Both the position numbers and the translations under genes were made by a program. A stretch of 56,330 nucleotides of DNA from a virus: positions 1 to 56,330 of IMG/VR virus record IMGVR_UViG_3300011409_000003; one strand, 5' to 3'. This document shows, piece by piece, positions 1 through 8,562 of this stretch (its first letter is position 1; each line of letters opens with the position of its first letter). The notes beneath the pieces were generated by a model. It was given only the letters and a program-made list of their open reading frames with translations, had not been told where the DNA came from and ran no database searches.

Positions 1-123
1 CCGTCTACGCGGATCAGCTCGCGTCTGATGATACGCCCCTCCTGATCGACGGGCTGAACGGCCCGAAGCTCTGGCGCTACCTGCTTGAGGGAAAGTTCGG
101 TTACCCGTGGTCCTACCCGGAGC
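1..123. repeat. Terminal direct repeat, copy 1 (identical to 56208..56330); circular or circularly permuted assembly overlap
   Basis: nt 1..123 match nt 56208..56330 base for base when read side by side; a coding frame runs through the junction. Confidence 0.95.
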
Positions 124-1619
124 AGCTGCCGCCGGGCAAGAGTTACGGCGACCCGCGCATACCGATTCCGTTCGACGCCGCGAAGTTCGCGGCGCTCGAG
201 GCTGACGAGCGCTTCCCCGTGATGCGGTTTCGGATCACGAAGCGAGAGCCGCGTGGGAAGTTCATCGAGCGTGAGATTCTGCGTCCCTGCAACCTCGCCT
301 ACTACCGGAATGGGGCCGGTGTCGTCGTCCCAGTCGATCTTCGGCTTCCGAGCGACGTCTCCGCTGTCCCGACGATTACCGACGCGGACCTCGTGACGAA
401 GGAGCCGCCAGGTTGGAAGTACGACCGCGGCCGCGCGATCACTCGGATGGATGGGGCGCGGTATACGGACGTGTTGCAATCCGTAGACGATATCGCCTCC
501 AGCACGGATTTGTACCCGCGCATCGCCAAGGGCGGGTTCGATGAGCTGCGCCACCCGATCAGTATTCTCGACCTCGGGTCCGTCGATCTTGGTGACGAAC
601 CGTTCAAGATTGACGCGAAAGGGTTCCGCGCGATGCCGGGCGAATTGATTGAGGAGCAGTCGCGCGGCATTTACCTTGAGCGGCGGCTGGTGGACTTGGT
701 AACAGAAATGGCGCGACCCTACAGCGTGGGCGGCGTCAGCATTCCGCTTGTCTGTAAACGGGGAGGCAACGGCGATACGCAGCCGGGCGAACTTCGGAAG
801 CTGGCTGTCCGGGCCATTCCCGATCCGGGAACGAATAAGCATGGCGGGACCCGCTTGGTGCGCGTGGCCGAACGAACAGAGAGTCAGGGCGCAATTATCC
901 TGAACGTTGAGGACTTAGGTCTGAGTACGGCGGCCGGTACGCCTACGCTCGGTGCGCCGGCGCAGGAAACGGGGAACACGACGGCGGGAGCGACGACGGC
1001 GGTGACGCTAGCGAGCGGGGATTACCCCGTCGAAGTCCACTACGCGGTGACGCCGACGTCCATCGGCATCGCACCTGTTGAAGCGGATCGCGCGTGGACT
1101 CCTTACGAGGGCGGCCCGGTCCGCACGAGCGTGACGGTAACGGTGCGCCAACTCCCGGCCGGGAAGCGCATATGGTTCCGCGGCCGCTCCTTCCCTGATG
1201 CTCGGGTTGATTACAAGCTGCCGAGTGCATGGGTCGCGGCGGGCGGTACGGGGCGCGTCGACCTGGCCACGCTGGCGGCGCCGTCGGCGCCCGCGGGCTC
1301 GCTACAGACTGGCAAGTCGTTCCGGGTGAGTTGGACCAATGGCGATGCGACCCTTGGCGTCGAGGTCTTGCTCGCGCAGCCGACGACGGACCCCCGCGTC
1401 GTCATCGCGCGGATGCCGCCCGGCTCGACCTTCGTTGACATACCTGGCGATATCTCCGGCCTGGTCCTCACTGTTTCCACGACGTACCGTGTCGGCCTCC
1501 GTCATTACTTGGGCGATGCCGCTCTCTCGTCTGAGGTCACCGTAGATGTGACGACGACCGGCTCGGCCGGGGCGGCGCCCGCTACCGGCGGCTTCGCGCT
1601 ACTCGTTGGGAAGCCCTGA
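1..1619 (+). CDS. Large tail / host-specificity-like protein, C-terminal part (continuation of 54833..56330 across the circular junction)
   Basis: The frame of listed ORF 219..1619 stays open back to nt 1 and has the same phase as ATG 54833 once 56208 is equated with 1. Confidence 0.7.
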   Translation, partial: VYADQLASDDTPLLIDGLNGPKLWRYLLEGKFGYPWSYPEQLPPGKSYGDPRIPIPFDAAKFAALEADERFPVMRFRITKREPRGKFIEREILRPCNLAYYRNGAGVVVPVDLRLPSDVSAVPTITDADLVTKEPPGWKYDRGRAITRMDGARYTDVLQSVDDIASSTDLYPRIAKGGFDELRHPISILDLGSVDLGDEPFKIDAKGFRAMPGELIEEQSRGIYLERRLVDLVTEMARPYSVGGVSIPLVCKRGGNGDTQPGELRKLAVRAIPDPGTNKHGGTRLVRVAERTESQGAIILNVEDLGLSTAAGTPTLGAPAQETGNTTAGATTAVTLASGDYPVEVHYAVTPTSIGIAPVEADRAWTPYEGGPVRTSVTVTVRQLPAGKRIWFRGRSFPDARVDYKLPSAWVAAGGTGRVDLATLAAPSAPAGSLQTGKSFRVSWTNGDATLGVEVLLAQPTTDPRVVIARMPPGSTFVDIPGDISGLVLTVSTTYRVGLRHYLGDAALSSEVTVDVTTTGSAGAAPATGGFALLVGKP

Positions 1620-2860
1620 TGTCGATCATTCAGCCCTTCGATCCGTTCCGCCTCCGGTTGACCGGTATAGCGTTCAATCTCGTGCCCGGTCGGGAAGTGG
1701 CGACGGGGCGTCCCTGGGGCGGCGAGTCGGAGGTACAGCGTGCGCCCGACTCCGGCGGTTCGCCCGGCACGTGGGCCACGCTGCTTGACAATTTGCCACC
1801 GCTACCGGCGAGTGGGGGCATCGTCGTCGATCCTCGGCCGAGCACGACCGATCGCTGGCACTACCGTTGGCGGCATAAGGGCGCTGGCGTCGATGTGGGT
1901 GCGTGGTCCACGTCCTGGTCGGCCCTGCCTGATCTGGTTCCGAAGGACGTCCTGCTGAAGGCGATCAATGCGCAGGCCGGCGTCGGCGTGTATCCGCTGG
2001 TTCGAAGTGAACCGTACCCCGATGGGAAGTACGCGCTCGTGGCCGCAACCAACACCGGTGTCTTGGCGGATGCATCCGTGCAGCTGGATCCCGGCAACGG
2101 CATCAAAGAGGGCGGCGTCGTCTTTAAGCTGTACCGCCACCGGGAAGAGATCACGGTCAATGGCCCGGATACTGACGGCGACGTTACGGGGATCACGTTC
2201 GGACAGACGTATCAGAGCCCGCCCATGATTCTTTTCAAGGGGGGGCAGTACGTCTCGTATTCAGAAGAGTTGGGTAACGTGCGACAGCGGCTCCGCCTCC
2301 AGGCGTTTGATGTGACAGCGAGCGGGTTCAAGTCTCGCACCCAGATTGTGCAGGTAGGGGCGACGACGGCGCGGGCTGTGGACTTCCCGGCCTCCGACGT
2401 CGTTGACGCGGTGGGAGAGACGACCGAGGTGGACCTCGGGGCCAATGTGCCGGCGAACGACGACACGTATACCGTTCACTACTTCTGCTCGGTTACGCTG
2501 TCGGCGCCGGGTGTTGATCCGCTGGTGACGCTCACGGTCGCGCTCGAGTCGAACGATGGCGGCGGTTGGGTCGAGCGTGCGACGTTTACCTACGCGCGTT
2601 CATCTGCCGGTACATCGACCTTCAGTCATGAGCAAAAGCCCATCGTCGTTTCGGGGTTCGACGCTAACGATGATATCCGCATCCGCGCGAAGTCGTTCGT
2701 CGTTCATGATGCCACGGGGAGTTTCATCGTGCGTGGTGGCGACAACGGGGCCACCGACGCCTTCCGCGGCGTCACTTGGACCACGGCGGCGGACACGACT
2801 AAGAGCGCGATCCCGGCAACGGGGGATCACGTGATCTGGATTGCGCAGGAGGTAGCATGA
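1619..2860 (+). CDS. Tail fibre-like protein, possible H-type-lectin-like C-terminal region (tentative)
   Basis: ATG overlaps the upstream TGA (TGATG); 413 aa; ITFGQTYQSPPMILFKGG...LRLQAFDVTASGFKSRTQI pattern; tail-module context. Confidence 0.5.
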   Translation: MSIIQPFDPFRLRLTGIAFNLVPGREVATGRPWGGESEVQRAPDSGGSPGTWATLLDNLPPLPASGGIVVDPRPSTTDRWHYRWRHKGAGVDVGAWSTSWSALPDLVPKDVLLKAINAQAGVGVYPLVRSEPYPDGKYALVAATNTGVLADASVQLDPGNGIKEGGVVFKLYRHREEITVNGPDTDGDVTGITFGQTYQSPPMILFKGGQYVSYSEELGNVRQRLRLQAFDVTASGFKSRTQIVQVGATTARAVDFPASDVVDAVGETTEVDLGANVPANDDTYTVHYFCSVTLSAPGVDPLVTLTVALESNDGGGWVERATFTYARSSAGTSTFSHEQKPIVVSGFDANDDIRIRAKSFVVHDATGSFIVRGGDNGATDAFRGVTWTTAADTTKSAIPATGDHVIWIAQEVA

Positions 2861-3153
2861 TGAAAACGTGGGCGGATGTGGCCGGGATCGAGCCGCGAGG
2901 CTTGAGCATCGACCGCGACCAGGGCGAAGGCCCGCCCCGGTGCTGCAATCGGCGCTTAGTGGCGGCTGACGCCCTCGTGCATTTTGGCGATCTCGCTTCC
3001 GCGCGCCTGGCGGCCGTGCTCGCCCGGTTTCCCCATCTCGCCGACGTCCCAGTGGCCGAGCTCTACCTATGCGACGCCTGCCGCGGGACGATCCGGCGTG
3101 AGCAGGTGATCGCGCGCGAGGATGAGCCGAACGTCAAGGCTCGCGGAGAATGA
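2857..3153 (+). CDS. Hypothetical protein, last gene of the rightward tail operon
   Basis: ATGA overlap with the upstream gene; 98 aa; converges on minus-strand ORF 3134..3898. Confidence 0.45.
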   Translation: MMKTWADVAGIEPRGLSIDRDQGEGPPRCCNRRLVAADALVHFGDLASARLAAVLARFPHLADVPVAELYLCDACRGTIRREQVIAREDEPNVKARGE

Positions 3154-3898
3154 AGTCGGAGCCGCCCCCGATGTAACCGGAATCGCACCACGTCGTATTT
3201 GGATACTTCCAAGCGGCGCGATAGACGCGCGGCGTATCGGACTCCATCTTCAAGTTCTCCACGTTCCGTACGTAGACAGCGGCCTTGGCGGTGTCCTGGA
3301 CCATTTGCACTGTCGATGCGCTTTGGATCGTCGTATCGACCATACCGTCCTTCCAGAACCGGATGACGCGCTCAGTCGCGGCGATCGTGCCCCGGAGATC
3401 GTCCCACTGACTCGTGGTGTAGGTGAGCGCGCCGTCGAGGTACTCGCGGATCACCGAGTCCTGGCCGATCGGCGGGTTCTCGACGGCGCGCATATGGACG
3501 GCGCTGTTGTAGCAGCGGTACTCAATGCGCCAGGTCTTTTCCGAAAGGTCAGTGAGGACCGTGGTTGTCATAGCCGCGCTGATCGCACCGACCGACGCCT
3601 GCAGCGTTCCTCGTGCCTCACGCGTCGAGAGCACGGAATCGCCCTGCCGTACGAAGCCGCTCGGTAGCGTCCACGTGACCGCAGGCGCCACGACCGTATC
3701 GCCGTCGCTATTCACGGCGCCGCGCACGAGGCTCGAAAGCCGCAGCGCGTTGCCGCGCCAGAAGCCCGTATCCGACGCCATGATGAGTTTCACGATCACC
3801 GGCGGCGGAGGCGGGATTGTGGCCGGCCCGACGGTCTCCGTCCCGCATCCTACCAGCGCCATCATCACGGCGAGCCAAATCAGTTTGAGCGTTTTCAC
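3134..3898 (-). CDS. Putative lipoprotein (moron-like, opposite orientation to the tail genes)
   Basis: GGAGG then GTG at 3898. N-terminus (M)KTLKLIWLAVMMALVGC carries a lipobox LVGC. GTGA overlap with the upstream ORF stop. Confidence 0.65.
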   Translation of the reverse strand: MKTLKLIWLAVMMALVGCGTETVGPATIPPPPPVIVKLIMASDTGFWRGNALRLSSLVRGAVNSDGDTVVAPAVTWTLPSGFVRQGDSVLSTREARGTLQASVGAISAAMTTTVLTDLSEKTWRIEYRCYNSAVHMRAVENPPIGQDSVIREYLDGALTYTTSQWDDLRGTIAATERVIRFWKDGMVDTTIQSASTVQMVQDTAKAAVYVRNVENLKMESDTPRVYRAAWKYPNTTWCDSGYIGGGSDFILREP

Positions 3899-4296
3899 GG
3901 TTGCCTCCAGACAACATCGGTAACGACCCACGTACGGTTGAATAGCACAACCCCGGTGCTGGACAGCTCGCTAAAATCCACGGGCGCATCGGGCCGCGTC
4001 TCCCTATGCTCGAGCACGAAATAACGGTTGCGCCCAATGTGGACGATGCGCCGGTTATTGACCTGGGTGTAGCGCGGGTACCCGCCAATGCGGGCGAGCG
4101 CGGTACAGCCAAGCTCACCGACGCGCGGGACGGGGACGCCGCGCCCCTTAAACGCCACGCGGGCGAGCGTGAGAACGCTGTCGGCGCGGGCCGGATCGCA
4201 GCCCCAGCGCTGCGCGAGGTACTTCGCCGGCCCGGAGGATTGACCCCAAGCGACTCCCGGTAGAATGAGTAGCAGCAGTAACGCCCACGTCTTCAT
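3895..4296 (-). CDS. Putative secreted protein
   Basis: GGGAGGGGG Shine-Dalgarno before ATG 4296; signal-peptide-like MKTWALLLLLILPGVAWG/QSS; translationally coupled to the lipoprotein gene. Confidence 0.6.
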   Translation of the reverse strand: MKTWALLLLLILPGVAWGQSSGPAKYLAQRWGCDPARADSVLTLARVAFKGRGVPVPRVGELGCTALARIGGYPRYTQVNNRRIVHIGRNRYFVLEHRETRPDAPVDFSELSSTGVVLFNRTWVVTDVVWRQP

Positions 4297-4366
4297 AGAA
4301 CCCCCTCCCTTGTAGGTGCTCCAAAGCTAGTCAGGCATGGTCCGGGGCGCAAGGACGGATGTATTC

Positions 4367-4380
4367 GGGCGTATACTCTT
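4367..4380 (+). promoter_or_regulatory. Copy of the recurring promoter-like motif GGGCGTATACTCTT
   Basis: Lies in the divergent intergenic region 4297..4415, oriented toward the 4416 operon. Contains a -10-like TATACT. Confidence 0.55.
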
Positions 4381-4415
4381 TAGGTAGCCCCGTTTACAAC
4401 CTCCCGGGAACCGCA

Positions 4416-4709
4416 ATGAAGCTAGCGAACCTCGCCCATATGGCCTGTGGCCGTTGCCCCAACACGCTGCCTGAGGGTAACGCGCCCCGCTGGTTGCGCG
4501 CCACTGACCAGCCGCTGGCCGGCACGCGCATCGCCGTCTGCAACCCGTGCTACCGCTCCGCCAACGCGGCGTTGCGGCAGCCCACCCCGGCAAAGTGTGT
4601 ACCGGTTCGTGCTCAAGAGTTTCAACCGGCGCCACGCCCCGACGCCCTCGTGCCGACCCCCTCACACGGATACCCGGCCGCGCCGAGCGCGCGTCCTGCG
4701 GTCGCGTAG
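4416..4709 (+). CDS. Small zinc-ribbon-like protein
   Basis: Internal ATG at 4416 downstream of the motif; MKLANLAHMACGRCPNTL...CNPCY (two CxxC pairs). Confidence 0.5.
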   Translation: MKLANLAHMACGRCPNTLPEGNAPRWLRATDQPLAGTRIAVCNPCYRSANAALRQPTPAKCVPVRAQEFQPAPRPDALVPTPSHGYPAAPSARPAVA

Positions 4710-4715
4710 TCGTTT

Positions 4716-5003
4716 ATGCCTGACGCCATCATCTCAACCCTAATCGCCAAGGCCAAGGTCTTGGGCGGCCCCATCGCCGCCGCCCTCCTGCTGGGCCTCA
4801 CAGCCGGGTGGTACGCCCGCGGCGAGCGCACCACGGCGACCGCCCTCGCTGCGACCGTCGCCCGCCTCGATTCCAATACCGTGAAGCGGCCGGAGTTCAG
4901 CCTCGCGCTGGCCCGCTTAGAAGCCGTGGCGCTCCGCCAGGACAGCACGAACGCGCTGCTGCGCCGCTTCATCTGTCGGTCCCAGCCGACCATATGTCCT
5001 TGA
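4716..5003 (+). CDS. Small membrane protein
   Basis: 95 aa; hydrophobic segment GGPIAAALLLGLTAGWY; compact operon spacing. Confidence 0.45.
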   Translation: MPDAIISTLIAKAKVLGGPIAAALLLGLTAGWYARGERTTATALAATVARLDSNTVKRPEFSLALARLEAVALRQDSTNALLRRFICRSQPTICP

Positions 5004-5560
5004 CCCGTCTGCTCTCGTTCCTGCTCGTTGGCGCCGTTGCACTGCTCATCGGAGCGTTGGGCGCAGCTGCGCGGATCGATTGGCTGGAACGCGGACCTGA
5101 AAGAATCGTCGCGGCGCTCCCCGGCGTCGGTCCTGGCTGGCTCGACACGCTGACGCGCATCGCCGGCGATGTGACGATCGACACGGTCAACGCGACTGAG
5201 CTCGCGCACTACGGGCCGACGTTGCTCGGGCTGCACGAGCCGTTCCACCACATCGTCAGCGTTCAGACGCGTCTCACGAATTACATGCTCTTTATCCGCG
5301 CCGGGACGTGCGCTACCGGATGGGGCGGATACCAGCACCCGCTCACGGTCGCCACACCGTGGGGCGCCGTGGCGCATGAGTTCGGGCACCACTACGCGTT
5401 CGGGACGTCTGACGCAGGCTCCGAACGCTTCGCCGATCGGTTCGCGCGGGCGGTGCTGGCGCTGCGTGGCTGGGATGACGCAGACCCCGCCGACAAAGTC
5501 CTCACGCATCGCGTCCGCTACCTCCTGCTCAAGAGCTACTGGCCCACGGAGGCCCAATGA
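4994..5560 (+). CDS. Membrane-anchored HExxH zinc-metalloprotease-like protein
   Basis: Start moved to ATG 4994 (MSLTRLLSFLLVGAVALLIGALGAA, a TM segment); AHEFGHHYAF contains HExxH. Confidence 0.5.
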   Translation: MSLTRLLSFLLVGAVALLIGALGAAARIDWLERGPERIVAALPGVGPGWLDTLTRIAGDVTIDTVNATELAHYGPTLLGLHEPFHHIVSVQTRLTNYMLFIRAGTCATGWGGYQHPLTVATPWGAVAHEFGHHYAFGTSDAGSERFADRFARAVLALRGWDDADPADKVLTHRVRYLLLKSYWPTEAQ

Positions 5561-5865
5561 CTCGCTTCGCCTTCCTACTCGTCGCCCTGATCACCGCCTG
5601 TGCGCACGGCTCCATTCGCGTCCCTGCGCGAGCCGCTGACCCGGGCGCGCGGTTGGTGCGTGGCGTCTGGTACAACCCGAATCCCGAGGTGTGGCGCCAC
5701 AGCTATTGGTTCCGCGCCGACGTCGACATGGTGACGCCGATGCGCGTCGTCATCTCGAGCGATGAATCCGCCTGCATCATGGACATGGGCGTCGATGAGC
5801 CGCGGGAGGGCGAGTTCTACACTTGCCCGACCACGTGGCGCTATCCGCAGCGGCGCGGCCCGTGA
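5557..5865 (+). CDS. Putative lipoprotein
   Basis: ATGA overlap with the upstream gene; MTRFAFLLVALITAC lipobox-like signal. Confidence 0.5.
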   Translation: MTRFAFLLVALITACAHGSIRVPARAADPGARLVRGVWYNPNPEVWRHSYWFRADVDMVTPMRVVISSDESACIMDMGVDEPREGEFYTCPTTWRYPQRRGP

Positions 5866-6248
5866 ACACAGAACAGAAGCGGGCGTACGATAGGACCTAC
5901 TACCTTCGGAATCGCGAAAGGATACGCGAGCGAGAACGAAAATGGGCCGCCGCCAACCGTGACAAGACACGCGCAAAGGTTCGACGCTGGCGCTTCCGTA
6001 CCGTGTACGGCCTAACGATTGCGCAGTATCAGGAATTACTGGTTCGACAGGGCGGCGGTTGCGCGATTTGTGAGGAGAAAAAAAACAGAAGGGGTACGTA
6101 TCAACTCTGTGTTGACCACGATCACCAGACCGGAAAGGTGCGTGGTATCCTGTGCGACAGTTGTAACCGTGCGCTAGGATTCTTAGGCGATAATCCCTCT
6201 CTGCTGCGCCGGGCACTTTCTTATTTGGAAAGCGCGGAGTTCGTATGA
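5862..6248 (+). CDS. HNH endonuclease, endonuclease VII type
   Basis: GTGA overlap start; CAICEEKKNRRGTYQLCVDHDHQTGKVRGILCDSCN motif. Confidence 0.8.
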   Translation: MNTEQKRAYDRTYYLRNRERIRERERKWAAANRDKTRAKVRRWRFRTVYGLTIAQYQELLVRQGGGCAICEEKKNRRGTYQLCVDHDHQTGKVRGILCDSCNRALGFLGDNPSLLRRALSYLESAEFV

Positions 6249-6517
6249 CGGCGCCGCAGCGTTGGTCGAAACTCGCTTCCTTTCCGCTCACCAACGCGAT
6301 CGGCGTGGCCATGCTGGGCGCCTGGCTAGGCACCGGGCTCGTCGCCCTGTGCTTCGCCCTCGCGTCAACGCAGCTGCACCCGCTCGTGGTGCCGCTCGAA
6401 TGGTGGGACGCCCTGAAATGGTTCAGCGCGTATGCCTTTGCCCAGTTCGCGGCGAAGCGGGCTTCGCATGCCGATCTGTGGAAGCGGAACACCGATGCCG
6501 CACTGCCCCCGGTTTGA
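6245..6517 (+). CDS. Membrane protein
   Basis: ATGA overlap; two hydrophobic helices (AIGVAMLGAWLGTGLVALCFALA; FSAYAFAQFAA). Confidence 0.45.
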   Translation: MTAPQRWSKLASFPLTNAIGVAMLGAWLGTGLVALCFALASTQLHPLVVPLEWWDALKWFSAYAFAQFAAKRASHADLWKRNTDAALPPV

Positions 6518-6641
6518 TTGGGTTCTGTCCCGCTGTCTCGACTGCGGTGAACCACAACACCTCGTCATCGTCTATCCCTTCGTAGGCGACGCATACCCTG
6601 CCGGCCGCTGCCCAGACTGCGGCAAAGAGGAACCGCTGTGA
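6495..6641 (+). CDS. Small zinc-ribbon protein (start uncertain; 6468 also possible)
   Basis: RCLDCG ... RCPDCG CxxC pairs; overlaps the upstream ORF end. Confidence 0.4.
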   Translation: MPHCPRFDWVLSRCLDCGEPQHLVIVYPFVGDAYPAGRCPDCGKEEPL

Positions 6642-6829
6642 CCGATAGAATAGCGATCAAGCACGAGGGGACGACGTGGTACACAACCGGCACGCTCGAG
6701 GACGTGTGCGCGCGACTGAACGCCGGCGAGCCGATCGATGTGTGGGGCTTCAATCAGAATGGCGACCGCTGGGACGAGCGGGTCGTCCTCTACGGCCCGC
6801 CCGAGTTCGTCGTCACCGACAGCCCCTAG
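6638..6829 (+). CDS. Hypothetical protein
   Basis: GTGA overlap start; 63 aa; last gene before the convergent junction. Confidence 0.4.
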   Translation: MTDRIAIKHEGTTWYTTGTLEDVCARLNAGEPIDVWGFNQNGDRWDERVVLYGPPEFVVTDSP

Positions 6830-6840
6830 GACGCGAGTCC

Positions 6841-7059
6841 CTAGACGCGCTCGAAGAGATGGCGTTGGTACGTCATCCCGCACGTCATGCAGGTGGGACT
6901 CGCGCCCGAGAAGAAGGCGATCAGAATCCAGATCGGCAGCCAGAGCCCAAAAGTGACCAGTGACAACAGGAGGTGCAGCACGTGATTGGGCGCCGACACG
7001 AGGTGCGGCGTTTGCCTTCCACACGTCTTGCACGGCAGCATCTTCTGAACGTTCGACAT
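6841..7059 (-). CDS. Small zinc-ribbon plus transmembrane protein
   Basis: LPCKTCGRQTPH ... CMTCG flank the hydrophobic LLLSLVTFGLWLPIWILIAFF. Confidence 0.45.
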   Translation of the reverse strand: MSNVQKMLPCKTCGRQTPHLVSAPNHVLHLLLSLVTFGLWLPIWILIAFFSGASPTCMTCGMTYQRHLFERV

Positions 7060-8132
7060 CAGGCCTCCTTGGCCATTGGAGCGAGCACGAGGCCGCGCTC
7101 CCGTGAAATCTGCAAGCTAATATCCGGCCCCAGCTGCTTCAGTAGTCTATCGCGGTCCTCCGCGAGGAAGGCCGTTATCTCGTAAGCCTCATAAAGGAAG
7201 GTCACGTCCTTGACACCGTGACCGAGATATAGGATGCGGCGGGTCCGCGGTATCTGCGCCGTCTCCATCAGCCGTGTGAACGTCTTGCGCCCCTGGTAGG
7301 GACTGGCGCCAGCGACGCGGAGATCCTGCCGGAATACCTCTACCGTGACTTCGGGCCGCACCGGCGCGACAATGAGCGGGACCTTGCGGCCCTCGCTACC
7401 CCAGCGCCGCCCCAGCCGCTTCGTGCCGCGTATCAGGACGTGATCCGGCTCGACGCTCCACTCGCCGTAGAACTCAGTCGGTCCCATGCCAGTGCAGTAC
7501 ATCGCGCGCCAGATGCGATCCGACGCCGCGCGGCCCGCCTCAAGAAGTCTCTTGCTGACAACGCGCGCCTCCGCGACCGTAAGGCCCTTCACGCCGTTCT
7601 TGACTTCCTGCATCGGCGGGACGTCAGCGACGCTCGTTCGGAGCGGATGCCGCTTCCCGTACTTGTCGCGTACGAAGGCAAGGCACGCCTGCTTCGCGTA
7701 ATTGAACATACGCGGCGTGGCGCCCGTGACGCATTTCCGCCTGTACGTCTCTAGGAGCATGGGCAGATCAGACACCTTGGCGCGATGCCGTACCTGCGCA
7801 ATGAGCGTCGCCAGCGCGCCGCGGCAGGCGTTCTTGTGTCTTTCTGAGGCTTGGAAGGTCGCAATCCATTCGTCCTTGGCGCCCTCGAGCTCTTCCTCGC
7901 CTTCGGCCGGAAGGTCGTTCAGTTTGCCGCGGAGGTAGGCGATATAGAGATCCGTCATGAGGCGACGATCCTTCATCACGGCTTCCACGTGGTGCCGGTT
8001 CTCGGGCTGGTCCCATAGTAGGCGGAGCATCGCCTCCATCGCGGCCGCGTTCTGGCGTACGGCAACGCCGCTCGCCTTCTTCACACGAACCGCGTTGCCG
8101 TCGAACCGGATATCAATGTCTAGCGAGCGCAT
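7059..8132 (-). CDS. Divergent tyrosine recombinase / integrase-like protein
   Basis: C-terminal pattern IRGTKRLGRRWG ... YQGRKTFTRLM ... LGHGVKDVTFLYEAY resembles the K, HxxR and H...Y boxes. The box I position reads CTGMGPTEF, with no Arg. Confidence 0.5.
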   Translation of the reverse strand: MRSLDIDIRFDGNAVRVKKASGVAVRQNAAAMEAMLRLLWDQPENRHHVEAVMKDRRLMTDLYIAYLRGKLNDLPAEGEEELEGAKDEWIATFQASERHKNACRGALATLIAQVRHRAKVSDLPMLLETYRRKCVTGATPRMFNYAKQACLAFVRDKYGKRHPLRTSVADVPPMQEVKNGVKGLTVAEARVVSKRLLEAGRAASDRIWRAMYCTGMGPTEFYGEWSVEPDHVLIRGTKRLGRRWGSEGRKVPLIVAPVRPEVTVEVFRQDLRVAGASPYQGRKTFTRLMETAQIPRTRRILYLGHGVKDVTFLYEAYEITAFLAEDRDRLLKQLGPDISLQISRERGLVLAPMAKEA

Positions 8133-8313
8133 GCGCCCTCCTTACTAGATCGGTTATCGGGGGCCCGGGATCGTAGCCGAAAATGGTCTGCGCGCAATCG
8201 CGGCAGATACCATGTGAGCACTGGCCTCCCGGGGTCAGCGGCCCCTCACGAATGAGGGCGTCGCACCACGCGCAAATCGTGCGGAGTTGTAAGACTGGCC
8301 TGAGGCGTAACAT
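8113..8313 (-). CDS. Small zinc-finger protein
   Basis: GGAGGA 7 nt before ATG 8313; CAWCDALI...CSHGICRDC. Confidence 0.5.
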   Translation of the reverse strand: MLRLRPVLQLRTICAWCDALIREGPLTPGGQCSHGICRDCAQTIFGYDPGPPITDLVRRAHALARH

Positions 8314-8342
8314 ACCGTATCCTCCGTGTTCTAGTGTATACG

Positions 8343-8374
8343 GTACGATACTATGCGATACGCCTACTGACAAG
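8343..8374 (-). promoter_or_regulatory. Weaker promoter-like elements (GGCGTATCGCAT and CGTATACACT on the minus strand)
   Basis: Intergenic 8314..8388, oriented toward the 8313 operon; partial match to the recurring motif. Confidence 0.3.
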
Positions 8375-8388
8375 GGGTCGCTAAGTGC

Positions 8389-8562
8389 TTATGCGACCTT
8401 AGCTTGCTTTGCCATCATTGCGAGGACGTGGGCCACGAGGTAGCGGCCGGGCAGGAAGGTGGTGTAGTGGCGCTCCACGGTGCGCTCGGAAACGCGCAGC
8501 CAGCGCGCCACTTCCGACGTCGTCAGGACCTCATTCTGGGCCGGCGGTTTGGGGCGCCTCAT
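8389..8562 (-). CDS. Helix-turn-helix DNA-binding protein (excisionase/MerR-like)
   Basis: ATGA-coupled start at 8562; LTTSEVARWLRVSERTVERH. Confidence 0.55.
   Translation of the reverse strand: MRRPKPPAQNEVLTTSEVARWLRVSERTVERHYTTFLPGRYLVAHVLAMMAKQAKVA

Noticed and set aside
1-123. The terminal repeat as a genuine physical direct terminal repeat of the virion DNA
   Set aside because: It falls in the middle of a continuous tail-gene reading frame. An assembly overlap of a circular or permuted genome is the simpler explanation. This cannot be settled without read data.
1999-2006. ggttcgaa T-loop-like string; a general search for tRNA genes in intergenic gaps
   Set aside because: It lies inside the tail-fibre ORF with no cloverleaf context. 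The few intergenic gaps longer than 70 nt (26808..27017, 32092..32307, 32722..33187, 43854..44003) show no acceptor/T-arm pairing by eye.
6825-6845. Short inverted repeat (aggac-gcga-gtccc) at the convergent junction 6829/6841 as a bidirectional terminator
   Set aside because: The stem is only about 5 bp with no flanking T/A tracts, which is too weak to call.
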